DNA of 64,000 nt, taken from contig NC_045697.1 of the NCBI RefSeq assembly GCF_009834535.1, forward strand, positions 100,752,001 through 100,816,000, given 5' to 3'. A model generated the notes under the pieces. It did no database searches, was not told where the DNA came from, and was given only the letters and a program-made list of their open reading frames with translations. A program made the position numbers and the translations under genes. This DNA is from Camelus ferus. Lineage: Eukaryota. Below are positions 24,601-37,310 of this stretch, one piece after another (the first letter of the stretch is position 1; every line of letters starts with the position of its first letter).

Positions 24601-25160
24601 TGAAACAGAGCAGGACCCTGTACCCTCCCTGGTACAGATCCTTTCCATGGCCCCCATTTCCTATTAGTAGGAAATGGGCTTCCTTCAGCCTCCTTGACCT
24701 TCCCTGAGTTCCAAAGGGCAGATTCAAACAATTGCTAATCAGGGAAGGGAGGGGATGCAGACACAAGGGAGGAGCAGTCAGAAAACAATAGTGCAGCCTT
24801 GGGGCAAGGTCCTGGTTCCTCCTTGTAACAATGCATAACAATATGGTTGAGTTCTTCTGCTGGAACTAAGGCCCCTACCCAGGTGGATGGCACCTTCAGG
24901 CTAAGCACACATTCCTAGAACACCGCCCTGCCCCCTCAGCACTAACCAATCAGAAGAAAGTCTCATACACCCCACAGCCCTCACTCCAAATTTGCCTATA
25001 AAAACGTTTCCCCAAAAACCATCTGGAAGTTCAGGTTTTTCAAGCACAAGCCCCCCCCCCTCCTTGCTTGGCCCTGCAATAAATCTTTCTCTGCTCCAAA
25101 CTCTGACGGTTCTGTTTTTTGTTTTCATGCTTTGGGCACATGAACTTTTGTTTGGTAACA
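24601..25160 (+). mobile_element. Solo ERV1 LTR (560 bp) with perfect 4-bp TSD
   Basis: tgaaacag...ggtaaca flanked by aaac/aaac; CCAAT 24946-24950, TATAAAA 24997-25003, AATAAA 25078-25083. Confidence 0.92.
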
Positions 25161-26269
25161 AAACTATATTCTGATAAAATTACTAATTCCACCCTTCTCT
25201 GTCCACTCTTTCTATGGTGCCAGAGTACGCATTCTATAGCACAAATCTGACCATGTCAGTCTCCAAATAAATAGTTGATAACGCCCCAATGCCTTTAAGA
25301 ACAAAGCCCAGCCCTTAGCAAGCAATAGTATATATATATTTGTATATATATTTGTCTGATATTTTTCCAGAAAGTATTTAAAGCAAATTATAAATGATGA
25401 TAGACTCCTGCAAAATAAAGAGACGACAGAGGTGTTTCTTTACAGAGAAACAACTAAGAAATATTCTTAATAAGCCTTCCTGTGTGGCAGGCCAAGGAAG
25501 AGAGAATTTTTATTCTCAAAAAGTGCTATTTGGTCTTCCCCGACACATAGATCTAATGAACAACCAGTTCCATAATTAACCTGGAACATTTGCAAAGTAG
25601 AACAGCCCTTGACTCTTTGCGGAAAGTACAGTTGTCTGCATTTTATGATGACAAAATGAAGCTTAAGAGAAGTGACTTAACTCAGCTAGTAAATGATAAA
25701 GCAGGAATCTAGCTGACTGCCAAGCCCATCTTTGTAACCTCCACACTAGACTCTTTTTCATAAAGACCATTCCTACCAACCCTGATTCCCATAGTATTAA
25801 GGTAGAACTTTAATAGGAGAAATCTATTTGGAAATTACTTATCCAGTCCATAACCAACTTCTCTCTGTAGTACCAATGACCAGAGAACTTTAGCGCCATG
25901 TATAAATTCTGCATAGTTTAGCTAGTAATCACTGTACTTATCCAATTGCTCCTACGCATCTACCCTAGGCTCCAGTGTACCAAACCATGTTCCCCATGCT
26001 CTTTTCTGCTGTGTACATCAACCTGCCATTTATTCTACAGAGAATGCTCTCTCCATCCTAGTGCAATTGGCAGGCCCCTAGTCACCCTAGTTTCAATTCA
26101 GATATTTCATCTACTTTATTATGTGTGAGAAAATATACTTTATATAAATGTAAGATGATGACAAATTGAAATTATAACAGAGTAATCATGATTGAGGCAT
26201 ACAAAAATAGAGTTGGGCAGCCATTGAGAATCCAGTCTCAGATTCATCTCTGCACCACTTAGAACCTGA

Positions 26270-26720
26270 ACTTTCTTTGAACTGTACCAGACCCAAGGAC
26301 CATATTCAACAACACCTGCCAGCTGAAACCTTATAGTCTCAAGGTCTCCCCTTGCAACTTACAACCATTTCAGACCCCAACCAATTTTTACTTAAAAAGC
26401 ACCCTTACTTCTTGCCAGCTCCTATTATAATTCTTGATAAACAACTCACGTAACTAACTGTAACCTTGTGGGTTTTGTCTTTATAAGCATCCCGTTTTGT
26501 AGTCTGGTGGAGCAGAATTCAAGTACTTCTTGAATCTGTGTCTCCTGGGCTGCAATTCTAACAAACCCCAAATAAACACCTTTCCTGCTAACTCAAGATG
26601 TAGGTATCTACCTTCAGGTACAATGCCAAGGGCAGGAAGTGGGACTTGCCTACGCCCTAAGAACAAGCTGTATTACTCATTTGTCTCTACTTGTCAATAA
26701 ATGTTCCCACTTTCAACAGA
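26270..26720 (+). mobile_element. Old ERV1-like LTR fragment
   Basis: ctttataagc, tgaatctgtgtctcctgggctgcaattct...ccccaaataaac, ending tttcaaca; subfamily not determined. Confidence 0.5.
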
Positions 26721-29036
26721 ATTCAGTCTAAGATTTGTTTTCATCACAACATATCACCTTGTAGGGTAGTAAAAGGAGAAAGATGGTTAAAGGCCTCACA
26801 TAGCTCTAATCAATCAAAGGCTACTGGATATTTACCCAAAGAACCAAACTTCTCTGATGGGCTAGACTGAGGTGAGTTTGTAACATCATCTTGGTTGAAC
26901 CCATCCGTGAGTATCCCAGAGGGTGCACTCTATTTCTACTCCAGTTTCTATCTTGTAATCCCATTAAATGAATAACTATAACTTATCTTACATTACAGCA
27001 CTATTTCTTGGTCTTTTAACACTATAAACTATCAATGCCATGAAGATTTTCTTGAACTTAAAAAAAATAGATTTTTTAAAAACTTATGAATATAATGGTA
27101 TATAATATTACATATGCTTTTCTAAGCCTCTGCAAGTAATTACTACTGCAAGTAATTACTACTCCCAAGAATTCTGTTTTACTCATTATGTTAGATATCT
27201 TTTGTCAAACTTTAGAATCCCTGCTAGACTTACACATGCACACACATACAAACACACACACGTTTCCTGAAAAATTTTGAGCATCTGTGACATATTCATG
27301 CATGCAGAGCAAGTAGCTAGAAATAGGTCTTACATATACAAGTTAAGCAATAAATATCTGTTCAAAGAATAAATGACAGAAATTACATGTGAGCCTGAAT
27401 TTTGTTTCATTGGACTCTTCCAGTCATTATCAAGGCACAAAGAGGAGATTTATATTACAGGCATTTTCAAAAGACTCAATGAACCAACTTATATAGGTTG
27501 GTTCCTTGAACCAGTTTGTCAATGAATCATCATTCTTGCCTTCCTTTGGTTTCCTTTGCAGCCAATTGGGATCTTGGCAAAATAGTTCATGTGTATTCTT
27601 CTTAGCCTAATTTCTGACTGTATTCATCTAAAATTTGCAATGCTGTGTTTTGGAACCCAAAACCCTAGCTAAAGCTGAGATTGACACCCTATTGCAATTT
27701 GGTTTTGCCAGACCATTTGTAAATGGTAATTGTTGTACAATCAGTAAGTTTGCCAGACGTATGTTATTCAGGTGACTAGGTCTAGTGCGGGCAATCAGCA
27801 AGTACATAAAAGTATCTGATGCCACAAGACTTGTAACTTAAAAGATGACGGTGAGTTTGAAGAAGGGGGAAGGAGAATAGTGGGCTGAAAGTAGGCTGTA
27901 GTATGTTAGTTGAATGATTAAAATCTTGAAATGTCTCAGATGAGCAACACCAGTGATGTCAGTCAGTCAAAGAATTTTTGTATATGCAGTGCTTTACAAG
28001 CTTAACTATTATGTTAAAAAGACCAGATGTTCCCATCCATCCTAGGAAATTGTTTCAGAACCTCAACAACCCAGACATTTTTTCACTTCTCAGGTGATTC
28101 CAAGATACAGCAATGGTTTCAACCAATACTGTTATTGAAATTGACCTAAATGCAAAACCATAGACATAGAGACAATCATATGGTGGTGGTGAGCATATAC
28201 ACTGAGCATATAAAATGGCTTTGCTATCATTCCTAAAGAGGTTGAAGTCTCTAAGTGTGTGTTATAACAGGAAGTAAATTTTAAACCCTATTAATGGTAA
28301 ACTGTTTATATTAGCGCGTTTATCTGGTTTAGGATGATAAAAAGGAAAATGATTTAGTTTAGGATGCACAGAGGATACACACAAAATTTGAGTCAGATAT
28401 CTCAAAGTGTACAAGAGCTTTCTTCCCCTTGTTCGGGGGATCAGGTCAACTTTTCTTCCAGACAGGCAGGTACAAGAGAAACCACAGCAGATGCAGTTTG
28501 CATTGAATAAGGATCACACAACGTCCTTAATCACCTCCTTTCCGTTTTACAGAGTAAGTGTAAATTATTGTCAGTTTCATCATTTGTAATTGGAGCCTGA
28601 AACAGATGCTAAAGGTTTAGTTTAAAATGATGTGTGTCTCTTATAACAACCTCCAATATGCTCTCCAAGGACTATTTACCTTCCACATTCCATAAACTCA
28701 GTATATAAGAAGTTTATTCTTAAAAGCATTTGAGGCAAATTAAACACAATGAATGCAACTTTCTTTAGAGGTAACACTTAGTGGAGTTATAACAGGGCTC
28801 ACTGTGCCTCCTCTGAGTGGGCATTTGCCTTAATGACTTTGTTTAACAAGCTTTCATTTTCTTGCTTATGTGATTTAAAGTGCTCTTACAACTTGTCCTT
28901 AGGAGTTTTGCTACCAATATATGGCAATCACAATTCGGCTTTCTTTCTTACTCTCTCTTTCTCTTTTTCACAAAATTAGTATCTAAGAGAAAAATATTTA
29001 TAGTTTCAATACCAAGGGAAAATGGTAAAACTCTTT

Positions 29037-29199
29037 TTCTACTTTTTTTATTATTGTTTTATTTTGAAATAATTATAGACTCACAGTAAGATTAAAAAGA
29101 AATAAAAAGAAGTGTCATGTGCTCTTTACTCAGTTTCCCCCAATGGTAATGTCTTAACAACTATAACAAAACAAAGAAATTGATGTAGGTACAATTCAC
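29037..29199 (-). mobile_element. 5'-truncated L1MC-like 3' end with ~17-bp TSD
   Basis: ttttattttgaaataattatagactcacag...tttactcagtttcccccaatggtaa; flanks aaatggtaaaactcttt / aaatggtaaaattcctt. Confidence 0.75.
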
Positions 29200-30365
29200 A
29201 AATGGTAAAATTCCTTAGAGTGTTGTGCGTGCTAAACATTCTCTTTTGTCTGAAAGTAGGAGTCAGAGATTAGAATCAGGAATCCATAATGTAAAAATTC
29301 CTTCATCTACACACAAGTTGATCACTTTAGCATGTGAGGTGTTCAGAGTGCAGGAGCCAGTCCTTAGGAATTGATGGTTGAGTAAGTGAATAAGTAAGTA
29401 CACACAATGAATAGAGGGAGGAACATACCCACTTCATCCTCTGGATGAATCAGAGAACAACACATGCTTAGAAAACGTAACACTGTAAGATCCTTTGGGA
29501 AAAGGGAGCCAGAATCAAAATCAAGGAAGAAGATCAAAGAGAATTTTATCTCATCTGTAATGCTTTGGATTTTTACACAGCAATTATGTACATGTACTAT
29601 TTGAGTAACTAAAAATAGATTTTACAACAAAGAGAAGACTAAAAAGAAATAGCATTTTAAAAAAATAAATAAAAAGAAGAAGTTCAGAGAGAACTTAGAC
29701 TCTATCTGTAAATTACTAAATTCTAGTCTTAAATAACAAATAAGAGCATGAGAACCAGGACAATCTCAAGAATGAATCAACAAGAGACAGAACTCAACAA
29801 AATAAAATAAAGGGAATTTTTTAATGGAAAATCTAATTTTACTACAAAAATTAAACAATATACTGTATAACAGCAATTTTGATTCAAACACCAATTTTAA
29901 AACTTTTATTTAATTATTTTTATTCATTTATTCATTTTTGTACAATGGAACAAGTGCTTGACAGTCCGTCTGAGATACTTCATGGGTGCTTCAATGGCCT
30001 CTTAAACAGAATCAGCTCTTGGTCCTTGAAGTTTTTCTCAGAACATATGGTAGCTCTTTTCCTAAAAGTTACTGTATGCTGTTCAGAATACTGGTGGACT
30101 TTTCATTAATTTCTCAAGGTCTACATATACTTTTCAGACCATTGGTCAAGGTAAATATACTTCTGCCCTCCTTGCCTTTTGGGAAAAAAAATTGACTGAC
30201 CAGATTATCTCCATAAATGGATAGCTTTATTATTTTATATTGAAATTATTCTTTGATAGTTTGTCCAAATGTATCCTACCATTAAGGAAAATATTTGCTC
30301 TGTTTTATTTAATAAAGCAACATTTACTGGAGAGAGATTGCAGTTGATTTATAGAAAGTAAGGAG

Positions 30366-30747
30366 TGTTATAGACTCAATTATGTGCCCCCCTAATTCAT
30401 ATGTTGACACTCTAACCCCCAATGTGACTGTATTGGGATATAGATAGGATATATACGAGGTAATTAAGGCTAAATGAGGCCATAAGGGTGGGACTGATAA
30501 GGATAGGATTGGTGACCTTATAAAAAGAGAAGGGCGAGAGATGTGCATATGCACAAAGAAGAGGTCACGAGAGCATAGAGGGAGAGGGCAGCCACTTACA
30601 AACCAAGAGAAGTATTAGAATAAAGGCTACTTGGCCAGCATCTTGATCTTGGACTTCTCAGCCTCCAGAACTCTGAGAAAAAAATTTCCATTGTTTAAGC
30701 CACTCAGTCTATGTTAGTTTATATGGCAGCTCAAGCAGACTAACACA
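30366..30747 (+). mobile_element. MLT1B-like MaLR solo LTR
   Basis: tgttatagactcaattatgtgccccc...aattcatatgttga...gaggtaattaaggctaaatgaggccataagggtggg...gcagactaacaca. Confidence 0.9.
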
Positions 30748-30817
30748 TGCAGGTTCTGTTGTTTCTGCAACTAGGGAAAAGGTATATCTGGTTTTGCCAA
30801 TAACTCATTTCTCCACA

Positions 30818-31293
30818 TGTAGTGGGTTGATGGTGACCACTCCTCTCCAAAGATATGTTCATACCCTAATCCCCAGAACCTGTAAATATTACCTAATATG
30901 ACAAAAGAGAAAACAGTACCTTATATGGTCACGGGTGTGATTAAGTTAAGGATCTTGGATGGGGAGATTACCTGGGAATACCTGTTGGGTCCCAGATACA
31001 ATCATAAGTGTCCTTACAAGAAAGAGGCAAGGGAAAAACATAGACAGAAGAGGAGAGGACAGTGTGAGCAGGGAGGCAGAGATTGGGGTGATGCAGTCAT
31101 AGGTCAGGACACACAGTGAGCCACCAGGAGCTGGAAGAGGCAAAGAACTACCCTACAGCCTCTGGAGGGATTGAGGCTCCACCAAAAGCTTGAGTTTGGA
31201 CGTCCATCCCCCCAAACTGTTAGATAATGAATTTCTGTTTTCAGCTCCCTGATTTGTGGTGATTTGTTGTAGTAGCCACAGGAAACTAGTCCA
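30818..31293 (+). mobile_element. MLT1C/MLT1D-like MaLR solo LTR
   Basis: tgtagtgggttga...ccctaatccccagaacctgtaaatattacc...gattaagttaaggatctt...ggaaactagtcca; 5-bp TSD ccaca/cccca. Confidence 0.9.
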
Positions 31294-31489
31294 CCCCACT
31301 TCAATTTGCTAATCCATCTTCCCACAGTCACTCCCTATGCCTTATGTCAAATTTGGAGGGGGAACATGAAAAACTCACAGGTTAAACATGTGTATGTGAG
31401 TGTAACAGTCACACACAGAGGCCTTAAAACATCTATGAAGTCTTTGTCAACTCTCCTTCATTTAGAAATTTGTTTCTACCATTCGAATG

Positions 31490-32410
31490 ATGTACTGTTA
31501 GAGATATTCTCATTAAAATCAAGAATAAGACAAGGATTCCAGCTATAACTTCCATCTTTAATGTTTTTCTAAAATTCTTCTCAATACATGAAAATAAAAT
31601 AAGAATAAAAAGTAAGAGGTTTACCTGTTACACAGGAGGAGGAAAATAATTGTATGCAAATGATATGATTTTTCCACTTAGAAGGTAAAATAGAACTTAC
31701 TGAAAATTTCTAAAAGGGATGAGATTAAGAATAAATTTAAATGTATCAGCAGCTTTGTATCAGCAATAATCAATTAAAATCAAATCAAAAGTAATAATTA
31801 ATCATGAACAAAAATATGAAATATTTAGGATAACCATTATGAGAACTATATAGCACACATGAACAAAAACTAAAACTTTACTGAGCACATAGAGAGAGTC
31901 ACATACCACATGTCTTGATGTCAAGACAATATTTTAAAGAAATAGATTCCTTCCAAGGTAATGTTCTGGTTGATGGTAATTCTAATTAAATATGAGCTAG
32001 ATTTACTTACACTTTAATACAATATCCATTTGAAAAAATAAATAAGCAAGAAAAGCTAACAGAAAAAGAGACCAGTCTTAGAAAGATTTAAAGTCAAAAC
32101 TTTGTAATATGAATAAAAAGATCATCAGATCAGTAAAGCAACATAGCTCACCGTGTCACTCATTTTAATTTTGTTTGTGGTAAAGGAAATATCAACAACT
32201 GTTAGAGGACTAACTAGTCATCAAATTGTTGGGAATAATAGATGATTGTTTAGAAAATTATAACATTTGATTTTTAGTTTATACCATATATCAAAATAAA
32301 TTCTAAGTATATTGAAGTTTGTGTCAAAAATATTATAAAGTATACATAAAATTATACACAATTTATATGAACTTTCTTCTGACCCTTGAATAAAGAAGGA
32401 CTTCTCAAAC
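31490..32410 (+). mobile_element. Degenerate L1M ORF2 (RT region) fragment
   Basis: aaaatcaagaataagacaaggat...tatgcaaatgatatgatt (degenerate (F/Y)ADDMI motif)...ataccatatatcaaaataaattc. Confidence 0.75.
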
Positions 32411-33819
32411 ATAGAAATAAAACATCCTTGCTCATAATAACACTGATGACAAGAGAAGGCAATTTTAGGGCAATATTTATTACAAATATGATAGATACGG
32501 TTTTTCTTCTTAATTATGTAATGGAGATGTTATTTTTGTCCTTGTTAACTCCTATTTCCAATTGGTAGCACTTCACCTACATACTTACCCATGAGTCTTG
32601 AAGTCCTAGGGAGTAGAAGGGAGATATTCTTCAGAGAAAGGACATGTGCACCCCTTCTGGCCCATTGCATTATGGGAATAGCAAAGAAAGTTCAAGTTGA
32701 AAAGGAAGGTAGAATTGTGAATTGTTGATCATTTTCTCCCACCTTATCCCCTAATCCCTTGAGTCTACTTCTTGGAGAGCTAATTTTTAAACACTCAAGA
32801 AGTGAAGACCATGTGGAGAGAGACTTGTCTCTGCATATGCTGATAAGGACCCTGGAACTGCAATTCGCCAGGAGAAGACATACGAAGCTACTTCCATCAT
32901 GATGCTGGAACAGTGGCTCAGAACTGCAATTCCAGAGTAAGAAAGACCCTCAGGAGGTGTTTCTGGCTCCCACTAGCCTGCGCACGTGCAGCAAGGGGCT
33001 CAGAGGTGCCCATGCACCTGTTGAGGGGGGCAGTGAGGCACTTGGATCTGGGTGAAGAGGCCACAGTGGACAAGGATTTGGAAACAAGAGCTAAATGGCC
33101 AGAACCAGAGACTCCTGTGAAGGGCGCCAGGACACGAGGCTCAAACTGCTAGTGGGACCCAGTCACTCTCAGCAGGCACCGGGTCAAAGAATCAACAGCC
33201 TCATTGCTTTCCAGTGGAGACTGGAGGATGCTGAGAAGTCAGGGCCAATCCAAAAACTCCATCCCTTCTGATGCTGTGAGATCATAAACGGTAGAGATGG
33301 TAGAGAACACAGATGGGAATACAACTTGTGAAGATCAGGGTATTGTAGGTGAAATAAGGGGCTTCTGATCTCCTTCTGGATCTGTAATGTGAACAAATGT
33401 CTGGCCTAATTACATGCTCTGCCTACCTGTGTATTTCTAAAGACAAAAGCATTTCTCTCCTGGCAAGTGAATAACTGAGGGTTAGGAGTGAGGGATAGAC
33501 CCCTTGTGATGACCTTCTTCCTTCTTTACTGACCTATCTCCTCTTTTCCTCATATCTCTTGTCCAGGAGGGAAGATTCTTTCATTCTCTTTGCCATAGTC
33601 TCCTACGCTATGGCAACAAGGCTCCTGGATTAGCTATCATATAAAGGATGAAGATGGGAATTCTCTACAAATTCCATGGGAAAAAAAAAAAGCACTTGGT
33701 TCAACATCCTCTAGAGTATTTAACTGGGAGCCCTGGGGTATGATAAAAAACTAGAGCTCTTGGAGAATGAAAATAATTTAATTTACTAGCCTCTAAGTAT
33801 TATCTCCATTAAAAACAGC

Positions 33820-34160
33820 TTTAAACAACTCTCGCCAACTGATAAAAATCTCCCCCTCCAAGAAAAATCAGAAAAACCTGAACAAGAAGTTCTCAGAAAA
33901 ATAAGTAACATATTAAATAACATTTCAGTTCACAACTAATCAAAGACACATTTAAAAGCACAAAACCTCATTAAATTTGTAATTAGAAGAAGAGAGTTCC
34001 CGATGTTGAAGAAAAAAACTCTAAAAGTGTTATGTAATACTGCTGGCAATGATAATTTGTTCGAAATTTCTACAAAGCAATCTAGCAGTAAGTTTTTGTA
34101 CTCTTTAAATTGTCTCCTTAGGTCATATGCTTGTTTGTTTTTATGATTAGAAAAGATAAT
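33820..34160 (+). mobile_element. Degenerate L1 3' fragment
   Basis: gaaaaacctgaacaagaagttctcagaaaa...ttcagttcacaactaatcaaaga pattern. Confidence 0.45.
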
Positions 34161-35229
34161 AAATATGCTTTTAAACAAAGCTAAGGAACTCTCCCTGGCA
34201 TCAGTCATTGTCGACCACAGTTTCCTATGTTGGGTTGGTGAATGTTCTACTGGGTTTTTCATATAGCCCTTGTCTGCATCCACCAGACACACCAGTAAAC
34301 GATGGCAGGCAGCCGAAGTGGCAGGAGTGTTGTGCTAGGCGGTTAAGTTGCTCTAATTTTTCTGCTTCAACTGAAATTCTATGTAAATTGATTTCAAATG
34401 TGTGTAAATAGTCAAACACAAAACAAATCAAAGCCCTGAGTTAAAAATAAGAATAGTAAAATTACTTTTTTTTAAATTTAAAGTTAGCAAGTGAACCAAT
34501 GGTAACAAATGGGCCAAATCTTTTCCTTAACGATATACTCATGTGTTGCACATATAAAAGCTCATGAAGTAAATTTTGTAAAAGAACCCAACAATAGCAG
34601 TGACATGAAAAATTATCAAAACAAAGATAAAATCCCAGCTTAAGGTGGCAAATCTTCAAGCAAATCGCTGTCACCTCTGACAAGTGACTTCCTAGGGACT
34701 GCGTTAGCATCATAGAAAAGCAAACAGACCTCCCTTCTTTTGTCAATTCCATGATGCCTTTTTTCCCTAGGGAACTGGTACAACGTTATCCTCACACAAA
34801 TAAAGAATAAAGGACACAGAAGGATTGAACAGAGCTAAAAAATTACTGTCTTTTCATACGTTCAACCTTTTCCCATAAAAGTTGAGTTCCCCTCTCTCTC
34901 TCTTTTCTCTTTTTCTCTTGTATAATTAACATTGGGAAAATATGTTTTCCTTGGGCTATTATATGAAGCTGACGAAAAAAGTTCTATAAAAAGAGATGTA
35001 CGTTTAACTGCTTTGTAAAATATGACCAAGAGAACTCTTGTTCCAAAGCTGGATTCTTTTAAGATAAATGAAGAAGTATTTTTTAATTTTCAGTTCTGTA
35101 TTTTTCTATAAAACATTAAAATCATTGGTTCTCTAGCATAGGATTTTACTGAAGAAGAGTAAGACCAATCAAGTATTTTATTGTCAAACTTGAGAAATAG
35201 TTGCTCTGAATCCCTAATGAGCAGGATTA

Positions 35230-35370
35230 TCGGCACAGGATGCTGGAGAGCTTGTCAGCACCTTTACTTTACAAGTGAGGGCTCAGAGGCTCAGAAAGCA
35301 CAAACCACTCTTTGGAGATTACACAGCCAGTCAGTGCCAAGACAAGATCTTACTAGACCTGGTGACTATA
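35230..35370 (-). mobile_element. MIR fragment
   Basis: ttttacaagtgagggctcagaggctcaga...attacacagccagtcagtg. Confidence 0.6.
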
Positions 35371-35375
35371 GCTGC

Positions 35376-35401
35376 ATTTGCATCACAATTTGCATGACAA
35401 T
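35376..35401 (-). promoter_or_regulatory. Two overlapping SOX-OCT composite motifs (motif match only)
   Basis: Minus strand ATTGTCATGCAAAT (35388-35401) and ATTGTGATGCAAAT (35376-35389). Confidence 0.4.
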
Positions 35402-35949
35402 TGCATCACTAGACTAGGGATATCTACTATGCGGCAAGGACAATGTCTTTCCATCAAGGTTTCGGATCACTGGACAATGATGTGCATGTTGCGCATGACT
35501 TAAAGTGGGTGTGGTGAAGGGCTGATTAAAGTGCATGTATAGTGTTTCAGGCCACATGCTCCTATCTGGTTTCTCCATTTATCTGTCCTACGACCACTGA
35601 CTTGTCATGGTGCCCATTACTTGAAGAACCTGATGCTAGTTGCAACTTTATATCTCATACAAGCCTGTTGTGTAATTCTACAGAATGACATTTTTTGGGG
35701 AAAAAAAATTTCAAATGAACTTAAATATTTCTATGTCTTCTTCTCAGCATATATCACTTAACATCTATTATTACCTGAGCTAATACTTATAGGACTTAAC
35801 TCAGTACCTGTTGAACACATATAAATCCAGCTGATTGTTGATAATATGCATTTATCTTATAACTCTGAATCTTCTTCCAATAGTCCTGGGACTTTGGAAC
35901 CTTCCATGGTGTTTATAATCCAGACCAGGAAGTCTTTACAATATAACTC

Positions 35950-36075
35950 GTAAAATTCCAAGAAGATGGGAAGATTTTTTTACATTTTATTGCTATATCC
36001 CAAGCACCTACAGCAGTACCAGGCACAGCGTAGACTCTCAAAACATAATTCCAAATGAACCCATAAGTGAGTGTT
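35950..36075 (+). mobile_element. L2 3' terminus
   Basis: tgctatatcccaagcacctacagcagtaccaggcacagcgtagactctcaaa. Confidence 0.7.
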
Positions 36076-36861
36076 AGCAGAGGAACCACTTAATAACGTA
36101 AACGGTGACTGTGGCTCTGCTGCTGGAAGCCCAGGCTCTCGGATCAAGTGGCTGCCTAGGCTGGTGAACTTACTACCTCAGGGCAAGAAATCTGATGAAA
36201 AGACACAGCTTGTAAGAGGTGTTTCCTGGTGTTAGGGGCATGTAGGAAGATGAGAAATGTCAGTAAGTATTTCTGTGATGTTGCTACAATTATGAGAATT
36301 TTTCAGAAGAATTCCTATTCCAGTCAAGATGACTTGTCTTATATTTGGGGCTGAATTTTTAATGGATACTATTTTAAGAAAAATTGAATACCATTGATCT
36401 CAAAACCAACAATACATTTGCTACAGGTTCATTGGCTTGAAACTCTTATGGATCTTGGACAATTTCTCTACTAGCTGGACTAATTTTTTCTTTTTCTTTT
36501 CTTTCCTTTCTTTGTTGTTTTTTTTTTTTAAAGAAGGCCTCAGGGAACAGAGATATTATCTTTTAAAAAAATGGTATTTAACTTATCAATGTAAAAAAGA
36601 TTATTTAGAAATTAAATTTAATGGGTAATAGTTCTTGATCCTTGCCTTAAGATAATTTAAAAAGTAATGACTAGATTTACTAAGCTAATTTGATATTCCT
36701 TGAGTTAATTAGAAGCCTTATTACAGATATTATTAAGAAGAAATTTCTAATTTCAATAAATGTTTCTAAGCACTAATTTTGATTTTGGCCAAAACCTCTG
36801 AGATTATAATGGTGAGAATGAGATCTGTGTCACGGATCTCTGTAAAAGACAATGTTGTATA

Positions 36862-37030
36862 GAGTAACGCTGCCCATGGAAAGATAACGTGGGCTACAGA
36901 AAGCATTCCATAGTTTAAAATTTTCTAGTAGTTACAGTAAAAGAAGACAAAATGACTTTTAACAATATATTTTATTTAATCCAATACCCAAAATATTATT
37001 CTCTCAACAGGCAATCAATATAAAAACTAT
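36862..37030. mobile_element. MER33 (hAT-Charlie) partial
   Basis: tttaaaattttctagtagttaca...ttttaacaatatattttatttaatccaata...aatcaatataaaaa. Confidence 0.7.
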
Positions 37031-37089
37031 TTGTCTCAATTTTCCCAGGCTGCTGTAACAAATATCACAGTCTGGTGGCTTGCCACCAT

Positions 37090-37310
37090 GGACAGCACAG
37101 GTCAAGAGGCTGAAAGATTTTGGAGTCTGACAGTTCTGGATATAAATCCTGTTCAATCATTTACTAACCATGAGTTATTGGGGAAATTTAAACATTCCAA
37201 GTGCCAGTTCCAGCAACTATAAAAAGGGAATAGTCTATAACTCAAACATTTTTGTGGAGATTAGAAATAATATCTATAAAATATCTACTACAGGACTGGA
37301 AACTCAGGAG
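37090..37310 (+). mobile_element. MIR
   Basis: ttggagtctgacagttctggatataaatcctg...tttactaaccatgag...gtggagattagaaataat. Confidence 0.65.

Noticed and set aside
32780..33350. GC-richer tract, possibly an old ERVL LTR
   Set aside because: I could not identify termini, a TSD or a family signature with enough confidence
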